A stretch of 64,000 nucleotides of DNA, taken from NCBI RefSeq assembly GCF_964355755.1, contig NC_092677.1:6222101-6286100 (forward strand). The letters run 5' to 3'. The translations under genes were made by a program, and so were the position numbers. The stretch is from Antedon mediterranea. Taxonomy: Eukaryota; Animalia; Echinodermata. Positions 26,401 to 39,800 of this stretch are shown here, in pieces (the first letter of the stretch is position 1; the number at the start of each line of letters is the position of its first letter). Below the pieces are notes generated by a model. That model was not told the origin of the DNA, searched no databases, and saw only the letters and a list, made by a program, of their open reading frames with translations.

Positions 26401-26673
26401 AAATTATTAGATGTTCTGCCATTCCATATTAATAATTGCTTTGAAGCTCATTTACAATTTACAACAGGTAAATAGTACATGTTTTTGTTAAATCTATTTT
26501 TAAAAGTGATCTGTATGACAGTTAAGTAATATAGAAATTTGTTTAATGTGTAAGTAGCATTGAAATTATAATTTTTGTGTAAAATTTGGAATAGATTTAA
26601 CAATTTCATGTTCAGTTACCGTGTATATTGAAATTCCGCATCAAACAAAGTCTATTTCTATTCATAATTAACA

Positions 26674-29600
26674 TTATGCCGGTGGCTTGTATGCAATTTT
26701 TCTTGTTTTCAGTACGGACCATCTCGACTTTTTCATGTAAAATGCACCTCCTATAAGTACGCTCATTATCATCAACATCTAAAATAATAATAATAATATT
26801 AAATACTACCATATTTGGGCACATCACATTTTTTTTTGTCAAATTGATCTTTTTAATTTTTTTTTCAATCTATGTTTTACACAAATTTCACTTCTCCCTT
26901 TTTCTATAAACAAACAGGATAAACCCAAGTATTGTTAAGTCTAGCCAGGATTTTTACAGGAAGTTTCTTTTTCCAAAAATAGGGAAAAAATGTCATGAGC
27001 TAGGCTGGGGATAGAAGCAATTAATCTACTACTATGCCTTGTATTAATTTGTATTCTCTTAATTTCATCTATAGTAACTTTAGTAATTTGATTTTTACCT
27101 TAATTCCCATCAATTTGCGTGTGTCATGTTCTGGTTCAGCGGCCCACCGTAGGAATGTGCAAACATCCTTGGCAAGTTGACTTAAGGTAGCTGGAGTACC
27201 TGAAATGAAATAGATAAAACATACCAATGTCAATAAAGGGGAAGGAGGAAAATTGCAAAAGGCTTCCTACTTTCTAGGAGTTTTATATGGTTAAGTTATC
27301 TGCTGAAAATTCTTTAAAGTCATTAATCAATCTTTAATTTTTAATATGGGACTGTTAAGTGTTAGGTAGGCCTACTAGGAATAGCAACCTTTTAGTGGTC
27401 TTAATAGACCATTAATAAAGATAGTTGACATTGGTTTAACAAATCTCAAATCCCTATCTAAACATGATAGATTAATGACTAGTGTTGATTTTGCTAATTT
27501 TCATTGTAAAGTTTAAGTCTGTTATTTTGGGTTGCGTGTGATTCAAGGAAACATGCTGTAGCGACATTAACACACAAATTGAATGTAATACAGGATGAGG
27601 TATTTGGAGAATGTCCTCAGGAAGTTCTCAAATGGACACAGCGGGCAACTAGTTGCAGGAAAAAACTATTTGAACAGACTTGGAGAAACGAAACCTAAAC
27701 AACAGTATTTTATACAGTATATTTTTGGCAGCAGAAAGAAAGCCTGTGAGCGGTTGCAATCTTGAATGTAATTAATACACTCTTACACCATATACACGAT
27801 TAAATATAAACGCACATACCATCTTCATATTCAATAATTTCATTATATAGTGCTGGAGCCATAGCTATAGCTTGTCCAGGGAAGTATGGGTGATAGTAAA
27901 GGCCTTCACGGACCTCAACACCTGCTGGGGGATCGCAGTATCCCGTCAGTATAGCATATAAGTAATCCTCACTGCCATGACGGGCAAGAGCTATGTAACT
28001 TAAATCCGGGGGTAAAGCACCTATGAAACAAAAGAGAATGGAAATTTATAGCTTTTTAAAATATTTGTTTACTTACAGTGAAAAATGTTAGAAACTGCCT
28101 TTATGGGAAGGTGTTGATGATGACTTATTCCATTCAACTAAATTCAGTTTAATTTTTTTTTAGTGTTTTTAGAATACTATCGAACCTTAAATAGGGGTAT
28201 CCTTATTCAGAGGACACCTCTATTAGGGGGACACAATGTCTAGCATAATTACAAAAAAATCCAAAACTTTATAAAAGGTTTTGAATAACTGAACTTTTTA
28301 GAAACCTAAAGATATTCATAGTCATGTACACACCACTGTTTGCTGCTCTAGCTTCTTCTTCATTCTTGTACGGATTTGGAAAGTAGTCGGAGAGCTTGCC
28401 AGGTCGTTCAAACATCTCCCCTGTATCATCTGGACCATCTTTGATCATATACTATAATAAAACATAGTTTAGAGCCCAGGATTTATCAGCCAACGTTTAT
28501 TTGAATTTAAATTTGAAGCTATTTTTCAAAAGAGCATACATACCTCTTCAGCAATTGTCTTAGCTTCTGCCTCTGTGTGTGATACTCCGATTAAATTACG
28601 GAAAGCTAAGAAATTCATGCTATGGCAGGCTGAACAAACGTCTTTGTATACCTGATAGCCTCGTCGTACACTGAGAAAAAAAGAAAACCATTGAAACACA
28701 TTCTATTTAAGTAGAATACAGTAAAACCTCGAAAAGCAGCCTTCCTCTTTGGTCTGCAAACGTAAGAAAAGAAGCTCTAAATCAAGCTCATTGGGCTTCA
28801 TTTCAAGAGAATATTGGTTTCTTTTCAAGAGAGTATGGGCTTCTTTTCAAGAGTATGGGCTTCTTTTCAAGAGAGTATGGGTTTCTTTTCAAAGAGTATG
28901 GGTTTCTTTTCAAGAGAGTATGGGCTTCTTTTCAAGAGAGTATGGGCTTCTTTTCAAGAAAATATGGGCTTTTTTTCAAGAGAATATGGGCTTCTTTTCA
29001 AGAGAGTATGGGCTTCTTTTCAAGAGAGTATGGGCTTCTTTTCAAGAGAATATGGGCTTCTTTTCAAGAGAGTATGGGCTTCTTTTCAAGAGAATATGGG
29101 CTTCTTTTCAAGAGAGTATGGGCTTCTTTTCAAGAGAGTATGGGCTTCTTTTCAAGAGAATATGGGCTTCTTTTAAAGAAAATATGGGCTTCTTTTCAAG
29201 AGAATATGGGCTTCTTTTCAAGAGAGTATGGGCTTCTTTTCAAGAGAGCATGGGCTTCTTTTGAAGAAAATATGGGCTTCTTTTCAAGAGAATATGGGCT
29301 TCTTTTCAAGAGAGTATGGGTTTCTTTTCAAGAGAGTATGGGGTTTTTTGTAGAGAGTATGGGCTTCTTTTCAAGAGAGTATGGGCTTCTTTTCAAGAGT
29401 ATGGGCTTCTTTTCAAGAGTATGGGCTTCTTTTCAAAAGAGTATGGGCTTCTTTTCAAGAGTATGGGCTTCTTTTCAAGAGTATGGCCTCTTTTCAAGAG
29501 AATATGGGCTTCTTTTTTAGACTATTTGAATATCAAAGGAACACAAGTGATTTAATGCCAGATAACTTGTGATGCAGATTTAATTTATTTGACAGTTTAA

Positions 29601-30816
29601 AATGATATTTGGATCAGAAAATAAATAAAATTGGTAGGTATATGTCTATGAAATCCTATTATTGTAGTAACAATTCACAAAATACAGCATTCTTTAGTTT
29701 GCGAAAGTAATCTTGAAAGTAGCCTGTATCCCTGAAAAGAAGCCCATCTTGTAAAGAAGCCCACCCAAGAGTACAAAAAATGGGCTTCTTTTCAAGGTTT
29801 TACGGTGATCTAAGGATTTGTGAGATGCACGCAGTCATAGCGTCATAAACTGATCAAACTTGACTTTACCTTGAGTGGTCCAATGATTGAAACATGCCCC
29901 TATGGGACCATGGGAACTTTGGAGGATGAAGAATGGCATCATCAGCTGAAACTGCAATAGTAAGAGCAGTTGCAAGGCCAGCAGCTCCTGCAGTTGCAGC
30001 ACCTAAAGCTCCAAGTGCCTGTGAAAATAAATATCCAAAAAGAGGTATTATAAACTCCTACCCTTTCAATTTGAATATAATTTCCTCTCCTATGACAGGT
30101 TGATTAAGTTTCATTCATTTGCCGCCTATAGGCGTATCGTTTAAATTAGTAAACGGAGAATATTAATATTATTATTAAATCAAATGAAAGAAGACTCATT
30201 TTGATTGAACTTTTCCACGATATGGAAGAATGCTTCCCTGCACAGCATTGTTCGTCATCGATCAATATTTTTTTTCATATTGTGAAAAGGGTAATAATAA
30301 TTTAATTAACTTACCAATTTCTTACTTCTTGATAATCGAGCAGTTGATAAATTTGACTGATAAAAACAATTAACAGTTATTATTATAAATACTAAATAGG
30401 CCTAGGCTAGGCCTACTACTAGGCTAGGCTAGTTTAGTCTACTAGTACTAGCTAGGAGTCCAGACATAATAAATAGTATAAATACTAGTATGACATAACA
30501 AGTCCCATTACAAAATGTTCTGCTACTAGTACCAGGCAGTGTTTCAGTATTGACCTAGGCTAGGCCTACTAAATATACTCATTACCCCTAGGCGGCGGCC
30601 TATCAACTGACCGACCGTGGCCGCCCGGCATGCGTACTGTCGGCGAGGTGTGCAGACAAAACGCCGGTGGGGTAAATAATACACGAATACATAACTTTCT
30701 TTTAAATATAACTGACCAACTATATAAATTAAAATAATATATGATTTGTTTACCTTTGGACTTAAAACTGCAGTACTTATACGTAGAAATTTTGTGGGAT
30801 TTCTTAAGGCCGCCAT
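26674..30816 (-). CDS. CYC1: Cytochrome c1, mitochondrial (complex III); exons 30816-30754, 30356-30315, 30018-29870, 28670-28544, 28451-28334, 28020-27820, 27199-27099, 26778-26674
   Basis: [34 protein letters not shown] (heme CxxCH), [32 protein letters not shown]-terminal TM then [15 protein letters not shown]. Confidence 0.97.
28719..29805. mobile_element. Non-autonomous TIR element (Tc1/pogo-like ends) in CYC1 intron 3 carrying a minisatellite
   Basis: Left end TA|CAGTAAAACCTCGAAAAGCAGCCC; right end GGGCTTCTTTTCAAGGTTTTACGG; related right-end remnant at about 55783-55886. Confidence 0.7.
28793..29517. repeat. Minisatellite of about 33 units of 22 bp (AAGAGAGTATGGGCTTCTTTTC), with some 20-bp variants
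   Basis: Directly visible; it generates the repetitive ORFs in all three + frames. Confidence 0.95.
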
Positions 30817-30820
30817 TTTG
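30809..30820 (-). promoter_or_regulatory. YY1-like motif CAAAATGGCGGC overlapping the CYC1 start codon
   Basis: Matches the YY1 consensus AAnATGGCGGC; it may simply reflect Kozak and Met-Ala-Ala context. Confidence 0.35.
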
Positions 30821-33193
30821 ATTAACTTCTGTTACAACAGCGCCATCAATAGCTTATGTAACTTTGCAAAATAATATTGTTTTGTGATCCGGCCATCCAC
30901 ACAAGGAAGGATCTAAATCTCCCTACTCCAATCCATGAGATCTTCTACGCATGTGTACATATTTACTACGTCATCATATATGTATCGTATTTTACTTGCG
31001 GTCCGGCCATGCAGTATTTACTCACACGTCGCTTATTTTATACCGTATTACAGTACTGTACTTAAATATATGTATATCGCTTTCCAAGACATCCCACAGC
31101 TATATAGGTTAATATACATGGAATTAAAGTGTAGGCCTACCAAACATTTTTGAAAAAGACGGGTTATGTTTATGCTGTAGGAAAAAGGAGAATCAACGTA
31201 AACGAATACTAATCTATGCCTACTATGATTCCGGCAAATCCACTGTACATAGCCGTACCTGCCCTGACGTATGACAGATAAGACATTTATTATTTGTCAG
31301 CCGTCAGGGCAGGTTATTGTATGATTCCACTGTACATAGCCGTATACCAGCCCTGACGTATATGACAAATAAGATATTGATTATTTGTCATCCTTCAGGG
31401 CAGGTATTGTATGATTCCACTGTACATAGCCGTACACCTGCCCTGACGTATGACAAATAAGACATTTATTATTTGTCATCCTTCAGGGCAGGTATTTTAT
31501 TATTCCACTGTACATAGTCGTATACCTGCCCTGACGTATGACAAATAAGACATTTATTATTTGTCAGCCGTCAGGGCAGGTTATTGTATGATTCCACTGT
31601 ACATAGCCGTATACCAGCCCTGACGTATCTATATTATAAGTGAGAGAGCTTGTCTGTTTGTTTGTTTGTCTGTTTGTTCGTTATACAAAATTTTGTTACT
31701 GCACGTAATCTTACATATGGGGTATCAAAATGACCACAATTGTACCGGGAATGTTCTAAGCTATATTTCAACATCATCCGCCACCTAGGATCCAAGTTAG
31801 GGAACAAAATGTGGTCAAAACCCCCACTTTCGATGTTTGTTCGTTATACAAATTTCTCTTTCTGCACGTAACCATACGTATGGGGTATCAAAATGATGGC
31901 AATTGTACCCGGAAGGTTTTAAACTACATTTAAAAAAATTCCCCCGACTCCTGGGGTTTTTGTGGGAGGGGTGGGTGGTGTGGTGGTTTGTGATGTCACA
32001 TTTTAGCTAGGGCTTGGGGTTGTAGGCTATCGAATCGTAAAATATATACTACAAAAGTTTTACAGTATTTGAATTATCCTCAGCAAGGCGTTTGGGGAAA
32101 TATAGATATAGATATACACATTTTATTCATTAACCAATATGACACCTATTCAATTACACATTTAGCAAAGTACTTTAACCATGTCCATGCTATGTATCGG
32201 TCTCTTGGATTGTCTCATTACAGACATCCATACCTGTGTGAACATACACATGTTGTTTACTGTTACTGTGTTCAACTACATCACCAATCCTCCAAGAAAA
32301 AAACGTCAATTGTGAGAGAGTGGGGTTGGGAGATAGGATTTGGGTTCAGGGGATAGTGGGGATTTTGCTTACACCAGAATTGTGGTTGGAAAATGTATTT
32401 AATCATCCCTGGGAAGCGGATGGGAGTTTGGAGTGGGGATGTAGGCCTATCACCATGACCGAAACTGTATTTGGAATGTTTTAAACTACATTTGAAAACT
32501 GCCACTGAGGGATTATGGGTTGGGAGTGATAATAACATAATTTGTACTGCAACCGGCTTCAACACATCACCCAGTGTATCTGGGGTGTGTTTGTAGGGGT
32601 AGGAGGAGCGAAAATACTAGCGTAATGAAGTAGCCTATTATTGGATTGTACTAGGAAAAGGTACTAAATTTGAACTGTCCAGGGGAGGAGTTAAGGTTTG
32701 TTGATGGTGGCTGGGGTGGTGAAAGGAGAGAGAGAGGGGGGGGGGGGGGTTTCAGTATCTAAATTACATATTTTAATTATCAGCCAATATGACACCTATT
32801 CATTTACACAATTTACAACGTACTTCAACCATTATTAGACCCATCCATGGATTAAAGAATAGAAGGATATGCATCGACGTGAGATCAAGGGTTCCTTGAC
32901 TCTCGCCGACAGACCGCGGACCGCCCACAATGTTACAGTTTAATTAACCGCATGGTAACAACGAAACGGTCGCGTGCCTAATATATTGTTTACTGCACAT
33001 GTGCAACGACATTTAACCTTGTTGGCTACTACGCTTCTTTCGCGCGTTCTTTGGTGGCATGATGTTTGTAGATGGTCAACTATTGACTATGTTGGTTTCT
33101 GCCGCGATTGATCTACGCTAATGATTTTTTTATGATGATTAAAGTAGCATTTTATGACCTGTAGTAGCCCTACATCTGAGACAATAACTATTA

Positions 33194-34451
33194 GGCCAAA
33201 TAAAAAAATATACTTGTTAAGCGTCACACCCTCATAAATTTTCAGGGGCGGGGGGACGGTTTTTTTTTTTTTTTTTACTTTTTATAGAGGTATATTTTTG
33301 CGCGGTGGACGTTTTGCCCCACTTTTTTAGGACGAAACGTCAAACTTTTAAAATGCGAAACAGAACAAAATTGACTATGTATGAAATATTATTGCTTATG
33401 ACAAAATTGAGTTTTGTATTGTTTATATCCAGACGTAATTAAAACATTAAATTTAATTGCCACCAAGCGAAATTGTAGGCCCTAGGCTAACTAATCCGTC
33501 CAAGGTGCTACCCCAACCTCACTCATCGGCCATCCGCCGTCTCTCGCTCGACTCATCTATCCAGGAAATTCCCTATCGCGAGAAGCATGATTTGGTGGTC
33601 TCAATAATACTAAATAGTGGGCTGATTTATAGTTTGAAAACAGCTTACGGCATTTCTTAAGTGAATTTTTATTCAACGTATTCATTCTTCTTTGATGAAT
33701 CCTTTGCCAATTGCTGTGTAAATCAGTATTTAAAGTTGTGATGCAAAAAGTGTATGTAATTATTCCAGGCAGGTAAACCAGGCATAAGGAAACCCATCGC
33801 CCAACAGGACCTCGTGGTGTGCCGATCTCGAGCGCGAGATCATCGTAAACAAAATTGGTAGAGTCCATTATGTATGGGGTGTTTCCTATTTACGAACCTA
33901 TAAAAAAACGCGCTTCGACCACTGTGTAGGCAAAATATTTATTTCGTTAAATCCCTAAATTGATAATCGCGTATTCTGTAATCACGTGACTGATGATGTA
34001 ATCCTCAGCGACGTACTAAATGCACATGATTTAATGTGTTGGGGAAAAAGCTTGCTGTTTACCACATTACATGATTCACGGTGCTATTCGCGTTGCCTTT
34101 ACGTAAATCGGCGGCGTGTAAATGAAACAATTGTTTTCACCAATTTGCCGTTGTCGACATAGAGCGATCGACGGCTAGCGTTGTCTAAGCTAAAAAGTAT
34201 GTATTTTTTCAAAAATTACACTAGCCTAACAAACATTTGCTAGTTTTGAAATTTTCAAATAGCAATTATGAAGAATCTACTAGCAAAATGCTAGTTTGCT
34301 AGCGTGAATTTCGAGCCCTACTCTGGAGCTGGGTCGGGCCGCTGAACTTTCCGTTGTATATTGGTAAAAAAAAAATAAAAATAAAAAGAGAGGCGGCTGG
34401 ATAATCAGGAGCGGGCGGTGACGCTTAACAAGTATGTTTTTTTATTTGGCC
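33194..34451. mobile_element. MITE with GGCC termini and TTA TSD (Zator- or PIF/Harbinger-type)
   Basis: TTA|GGCCAAATAAAAAAATATACTTGTTAAGCGTCAC .. GTGACGCTTAACAAGTATGTTTTTTTATTTGGCC|TTA. Confidence 0.8.
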
Positions 34452-34814
34452 TTAGTTGTCTCATTTGTTGTAAAATTACAAAATCAGCAAGAATGCTAGC
34501 CTAGCTAGGCCCAGGCCTTGTACTAACTAGGCTAAACTGGGCTAGTAAACCCTATGATTTGCCGACATTGATACTGCCTAGGTAGGCCTAGGCTAATCTT
34601 AAATACTCACCGTTGTCTTACTTCTTGTGTGAATAATAATAATAGGTAGGCCTACTTCGTTTGTTCGTGATCAAGTTTGCCCTGCGTGTACTTTTCAAAA
34701 CGACCACCGCTAGGTAACGAATCGCAACTATACATAGCCAGCCAATCCCGGATCAGGGATCGCTGTTTTCATTCAATTAGGCCCGGTGATTGGATGTGAT
34801 GTGGATGACATAAC

Positions 34815-36896
34815 CTTAAGTAATGATTTGTCAAATGTTGACTGGACTAGTATTTATAACTCCAATGAACCCAATGAGGCATACGCTTTATTCAACGACA
34901 TATTTAGTACATTATATAATAACAACATTAAAACCACTCGTTCCAGACGAAATATTCGGAAAGAAAAAAAACCTTGGATAACTAAATGCTTAATTAAATC
35001 TATCGACAAAAAACACAAATTATATAAAACATTTCTTATATCTAAAAAGCAAAAGGACAAAGATAAATATGTTAAATATCGAAATGTACTTACCAAAATC
35101 CTTCGTACTGCCCAAAAGAATTACTTCAGTGACAAATTTGAATTCCATAAAAATAACATCCAAAAAACCTGGCAAACAATAAATGGAGTCCTTGGCAAGA
35201 AATCTCGTAAACCGTTTCCTTCTCACTTTATTAACAATGACATTGAATTAAATAATCCTCAACAAATTGCAACTGAATTCAATAATTATTTTACTAGTAT
35301 AGGGCCAAATTTAGTTAACAAAATACATGTGTCGGATAATGATAATTATACTTCTACCCTACCTCGTCCATGTGTGCACTCTCTCTTTCTTAGTCCTGTA
35401 ACCGAACATGAAGTTGTCAGTATAATACTTTCCCTCAAAGATAATAAATCTCCTGGGTTTGATGGGTTTTCCAATAAAATTATTAAACGTGTTTCTAATT
35501 TTATATGCAAACCCTTAACTCACATTTTTAATACATACATTTTTATACCAAACAGCTCTAAATTACTAAATTTTATCTTATTTGCTGACGACACAAATAT
35601 TTTTTTCTCTCATCCTAAATTAAATACCTTGTTTAAAATTGTCAATGATGAGTTACTTAAAGTTTCAAATTGGCTCAAACACAATAAATTAACTCTTAAT
35701 ACATTCAAAACGAACTATATAATATTTTCTAAACGTAAAATTTCAAATTCTTTAAATGAACAAATATACATTGATAATAAAATGATCAAACGAGTTAATG
35801 AAACACAATTTTTAGGAGTAACCATAGATGCCTCTCTGACTTGGAAACTACATATAAATAAAATCAGTAATCTAGTTTCTAGAAATGTTGGAATATTGAA
35901 CAAATTAAAACATATCTTCCCTCAAAAAACCTTATTAACCCTTTATAATACTTTAGTTTTGCCTTACCTTTCTTATGCCAATTTATGTTGGGCAATTACT
36001 CTAGATAAATTTAATACGTTATGCCCCTGGACAAGTCTAGAGAAAACTCAAATTGACCGCCTTTTTAAACTACAAAAACGTGCACTTCGGATTTGCGCGG
36101 GAGAATCATTTAGAGCCCATACAAAATTACTTTTTAAAAGATTTAATGTTTTAAACATTTATGATTTAAATAAATTACAAGTTGCCTCATTTATGTACCG
36201 TTTATCTAACAATTTACTGCCTTCACATTTTAATGCTTTATTTACAAGAATTGACGAACGCCATTCCTATAAAACCCGATCCTCTGTTAACAATTATATC
36301 CTTGATAATTTAAATGTTAAGGCTCGACGATTTTCTATGTATTATTTTGGTCCCAAACTTTGGACTTCACTCTCAAATGAACTTAAACAGAAATCTTCCT
36401 TTTCTAGTTTTAAATCTAATTTCAAACACAAAATGGTGTCAGAATATGCTACATAATTTTTCGCCGATCTTTTATCCTTATTTATTTGGTGGTGATACAT
36501 GGCATTAAATCCTTCACCCTGGTATTCAATAATCTCCGCTACATTGTATCGTTATACTTGTTATTATACCATATTTAATTATATCTCATATTGTACTCTA
36601 ATTGTTATCATTATCCCTTTTATCATATATTATATAATTGCCTGGTTTATCTTAACTTCTATAATTTAAAATTTTTTTATTTTCTTTATTTTATGTACTT
36701 TCACTATTATATATTCATATTTTAGTCTACTCTGTAGCAATGTTAGTATACTTAGGCATACGGGAGTCACGACTTAAAGTTCAGTGAACTTACTGTGACT
36801 TCCATCCACCCACATTTAATATATGTTATGTAAATGTAAATGATATATATATATATATATAAGTGAGTGGAAAAAATAAATAAACGAAATAAACGA
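34815..36896 (+). mobile_element. 5'-truncated, internally deleted CR1/L2-group LINE (ORF2 remnant to 36456, 3' UTR, AAATAAACG-type tail)
   Basis: KKPWITK, KSPGFDG, LFADDT, FLGVTIDASLTW, LYNTLVLPYLSY, LQKRALR; central RT motifs missing. Confidence 0.9.
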
Positions 36897-39800
36897 ACCA
36901 CTAGCCAATCACCAGGCACTACAGTTTAAATATAATCACATCGATAATTAAGGAGATTTATGAAGAAACCACTGCTTAGCCATATATTAAAAAACACGAT
37001 TGTTGTATGTCTGAACACCGGCCACGCTAACAACATACATGGTCAAATGCATAATTTAATATTCTATAGATTAACGCAATTTTTAATGACAGAAGATGGC
37101 AGGCAAATAATGATAATTCAAATATAAAAATGGCATATTTTATTAATATTACCAACTACCTAAAATTACCAGTCGTAAGAAAGTGAACTTTTCGTAGTCC
37201 GATTGTGATGAAACTAAAACAGAATTATTCAGCAATATATGTTTGTTATCAATTAATCATCGACGCAGACATGTCAATAGAACATTCAGACTGCGCATAC
37301 GATTTCTACATGGTTACGTTTTGGTCTAAAAAAATGTAACAGTTGATTCGCAGCGTTTTACAGAGGGCCGCGGTTAGAGACACGGAGTTCAATGAACGTG
37401 TTTGTTTGATTGGCAGCAGTGCTTTAGTATAGGCAAGCGCGTTGTAAAATCGTTTGATGTCACCGTCGATGCATATCCTTCTATTCTTTAATCCATGACC
37501 CATCGTAGCTATGCATACTCCTCTCAATTCGAAGCTTAGGTTGAATTGAATTTGTCCATCACTGGGAAGAATTTGTTTTTAAGAAAGAGTATGGGGTGTT
37601 ACTGAATAGGGGTGGAGGTTGGTGAGTATAGACAGATACTGGCGTCGGGTATTATGTACTGAGAAGGCTGTAAACTAATTTTGAAACCCGCCCTGGGGCG
37701 GGTATAATTGCTAGTGACAAATAAGATATTGATTATTTGTCATCCTTCAGGGCAGGTATTGTATGATTCCACTGTACATAGCCGTACACCTGCCCTGACG
37801 TATGACAAATAAGACATTTATTATTTGTCATCCTTCAGGGCAGGTATTTTATTATTCCACTGTACATAGTCGTATACCTGCCCTGACGTATGACAAATAA
37901 GACATTTATTATTTTTCAGCCGTCAGGGCAGGTTATTGTATGATTCCACTGTACATAGCCGTATACCAGCCCTGACGTATGACAAATAAGATATTGATTA
38001 TTTGTCATCCTTCAGGGCAGGTATTGTATGATTCCACTGTACATAGCCGTATACCTGCCCTGACGTATGACAAATAAGAAATTTATTATTTGTCAGCCGT
38101 CAGGGCAGGTATTGTATGATTCCACTGTACATAGCCGTATACCTGCCCTGACGTATGACAAATAAGACATTTATTATTTGTCAGCCTTCAGGGCAGGTAT
38201 TGTATGGTTCCACTGCACATAGCCGTATACCTGCCCTGACGTATTACAAATAAGACATTTATTATTTGTCAGCCTTCAGGGCAGGTATTGTATGGTTCCA
38301 CTGTACATAGCCGTATACCTGCCCTGACGTATTACAAATAAGACATTTATTATTTGTCATCCTTCAGGGCAGGTATTGTATGATTCCACTGTACATAGCC
38401 GTATACCTGCCCTGACGTATGACAAATAAGACATTTATTATTTGTCATCCTTCAGGGCAGGTATTTTATTATTCCACTGTATTAATTGATTAATTGCATC
38501 AAAGTGCTGAAAATGGTGAAAAAAAAGGCCTTTTTAAAATGAATATAACTCTTCAGAATGGCAGGCAGGACCCCCAATTTTTTTAACTTATTCGGGAAGA
38601 AATTGGGTTGTAGATACATATTCATGTACACATTAGACGTACAAAATGGTATGACGTCATCAAATGGCCACTTGAATTTAAAAATTAGTAATTTTTATCT
38701 TTTTGTGTGGGTTATCACATTCAATAGAGCGCATCTCCGTTATTTGAGCCCGATCTTCGCTGAAATTTTAGTATGTGCTTGCTCAATTAATTATCTTTCT
38801 CATGAGTTGTCAACATTTTTATTTGATGACGTCATCACGCGTAAAAACTTGAATAAACTAGGTCGTGTAATTTCAGCTACACTATACATTTGAATATCTT
38901 ATAGCTCTTCAGAATTAAAGGTGACCTTGAAGATTATAACTTATTATAAAAGCTGATGAAATGTAGATATGAATTCATATTAAAATTAAGCCTATCGGAT
39001 GTAGTGATGTCATCATATGGCCAGTTGAAGTTAAAAAGTAGTTTTTAAATTTCGTTAGTCGTAGTTGATAAAATTTCAAAGAGCGTGCATTGCGCTTCTA
39101 CGTGTCAAATTCTCTTCCAATCCTTATATTTATTTGCTTAATTCATTATCTTTCAAAATTGTCATCTTCGAGTTTATTTTGATAATTCCATTATACCAAA
39201 AAATTAGAACACGATATGAGTCCCGTAATTTCACCTATGCTACACTGTATATAGATATACAGTATATACTGTACATATTGTATATGACACATAATAGGTA
39301 CAACTCAGCGCTATAAGTGTATATGCATCATGTCATAGGATGGCGTACATCAACTTTTTACGATGGTATGTTAACGTACGTGCATGTTTAAAAAATGTTA
39401 ATTTCATTAAAATGATCAAAATGATCACCCATAATTCGTCAAAGTGACGAATTAAATTCTAGTTTGTATTTGTATTGTACTTCAGGCTACTACCTATATT
39501 TCTGTACTGTATAGTAATCATTAATTTAAATAATATTTAATCATTTGCCCATCTACAACAGACGTACCACCATTTTCAAAATTCAATATATTGTAGCAAT
39601 ACTTCGAATTCGTAAATAACAATGGACTTTCTTTTTGGACTTCAGATTAGGCCTAGACGTACGTAACACTTGCGAGTGTATTTAAAATATAGTGCAAACT
39701 GTTGAATTGTATTTAATTTTGTTACAATGAATTTTACTGACTGCATACATTGTATATTTATAAGCATTTAGCCTACCGTGACTTTCTTTCAATTCTTTGA

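Larger units (their letters stand above)
32846..37497. mobile_element. Non-autonomous TIR transposon, P-superfamily-like
   Basis: [37 protein letters not shown] at both ends; 7-bp TSD ACCCATC (32839-32845, 37498-37504). Confidence 0.85.
31628..37714 (+). mobile_element. Inner non-autonomous Helitron inserted in the satellite
   Basis: A|TCTATATTAT 5' end; 3' hairpin ACCCGCCC-TG-GGGCGGGT then CTAG|T; removing it restores TGACGTA|TGACAAATAAG exactly. Confidence 0.9.
31237..38481. repeat. 88-bp tandem satellite (about 13 units: 31237-31627 and 37715-38481), each unit with a long internal inverted repeat
   Basis: Unit ATTCCACTGTACATAGCCGTATACCTGCCCTGACGTATGACAAATAAGACATTTATTATTTGTCATCCTTCAGGGCAGGTATTGTATG. 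Confidence 0.95.
31213..39462 (+). mobile_element. Outer non-autonomous Helitron containing the 88-bp satellite
   Basis: A|TCTATGCCTACTAT 5' end; 3' hairpin TAATTCGTC-AAAGT-GACGAATTA followed by CTAG|T; A-T insertion site, no TSD. Confidence 0.7.

Noticed and set aside
28749-29572. Several overlapping ORFs with [21 protein letters not shown] repeats
   Set aside because: They are translations of a 22-bp minisatellite inside a CYC1 intron
31237-38481. CRISPR-like palindromic repeat array
   Set aside because: Units are contiguous and near-identical with no unique spacers; eukaryotic context with no cas genes
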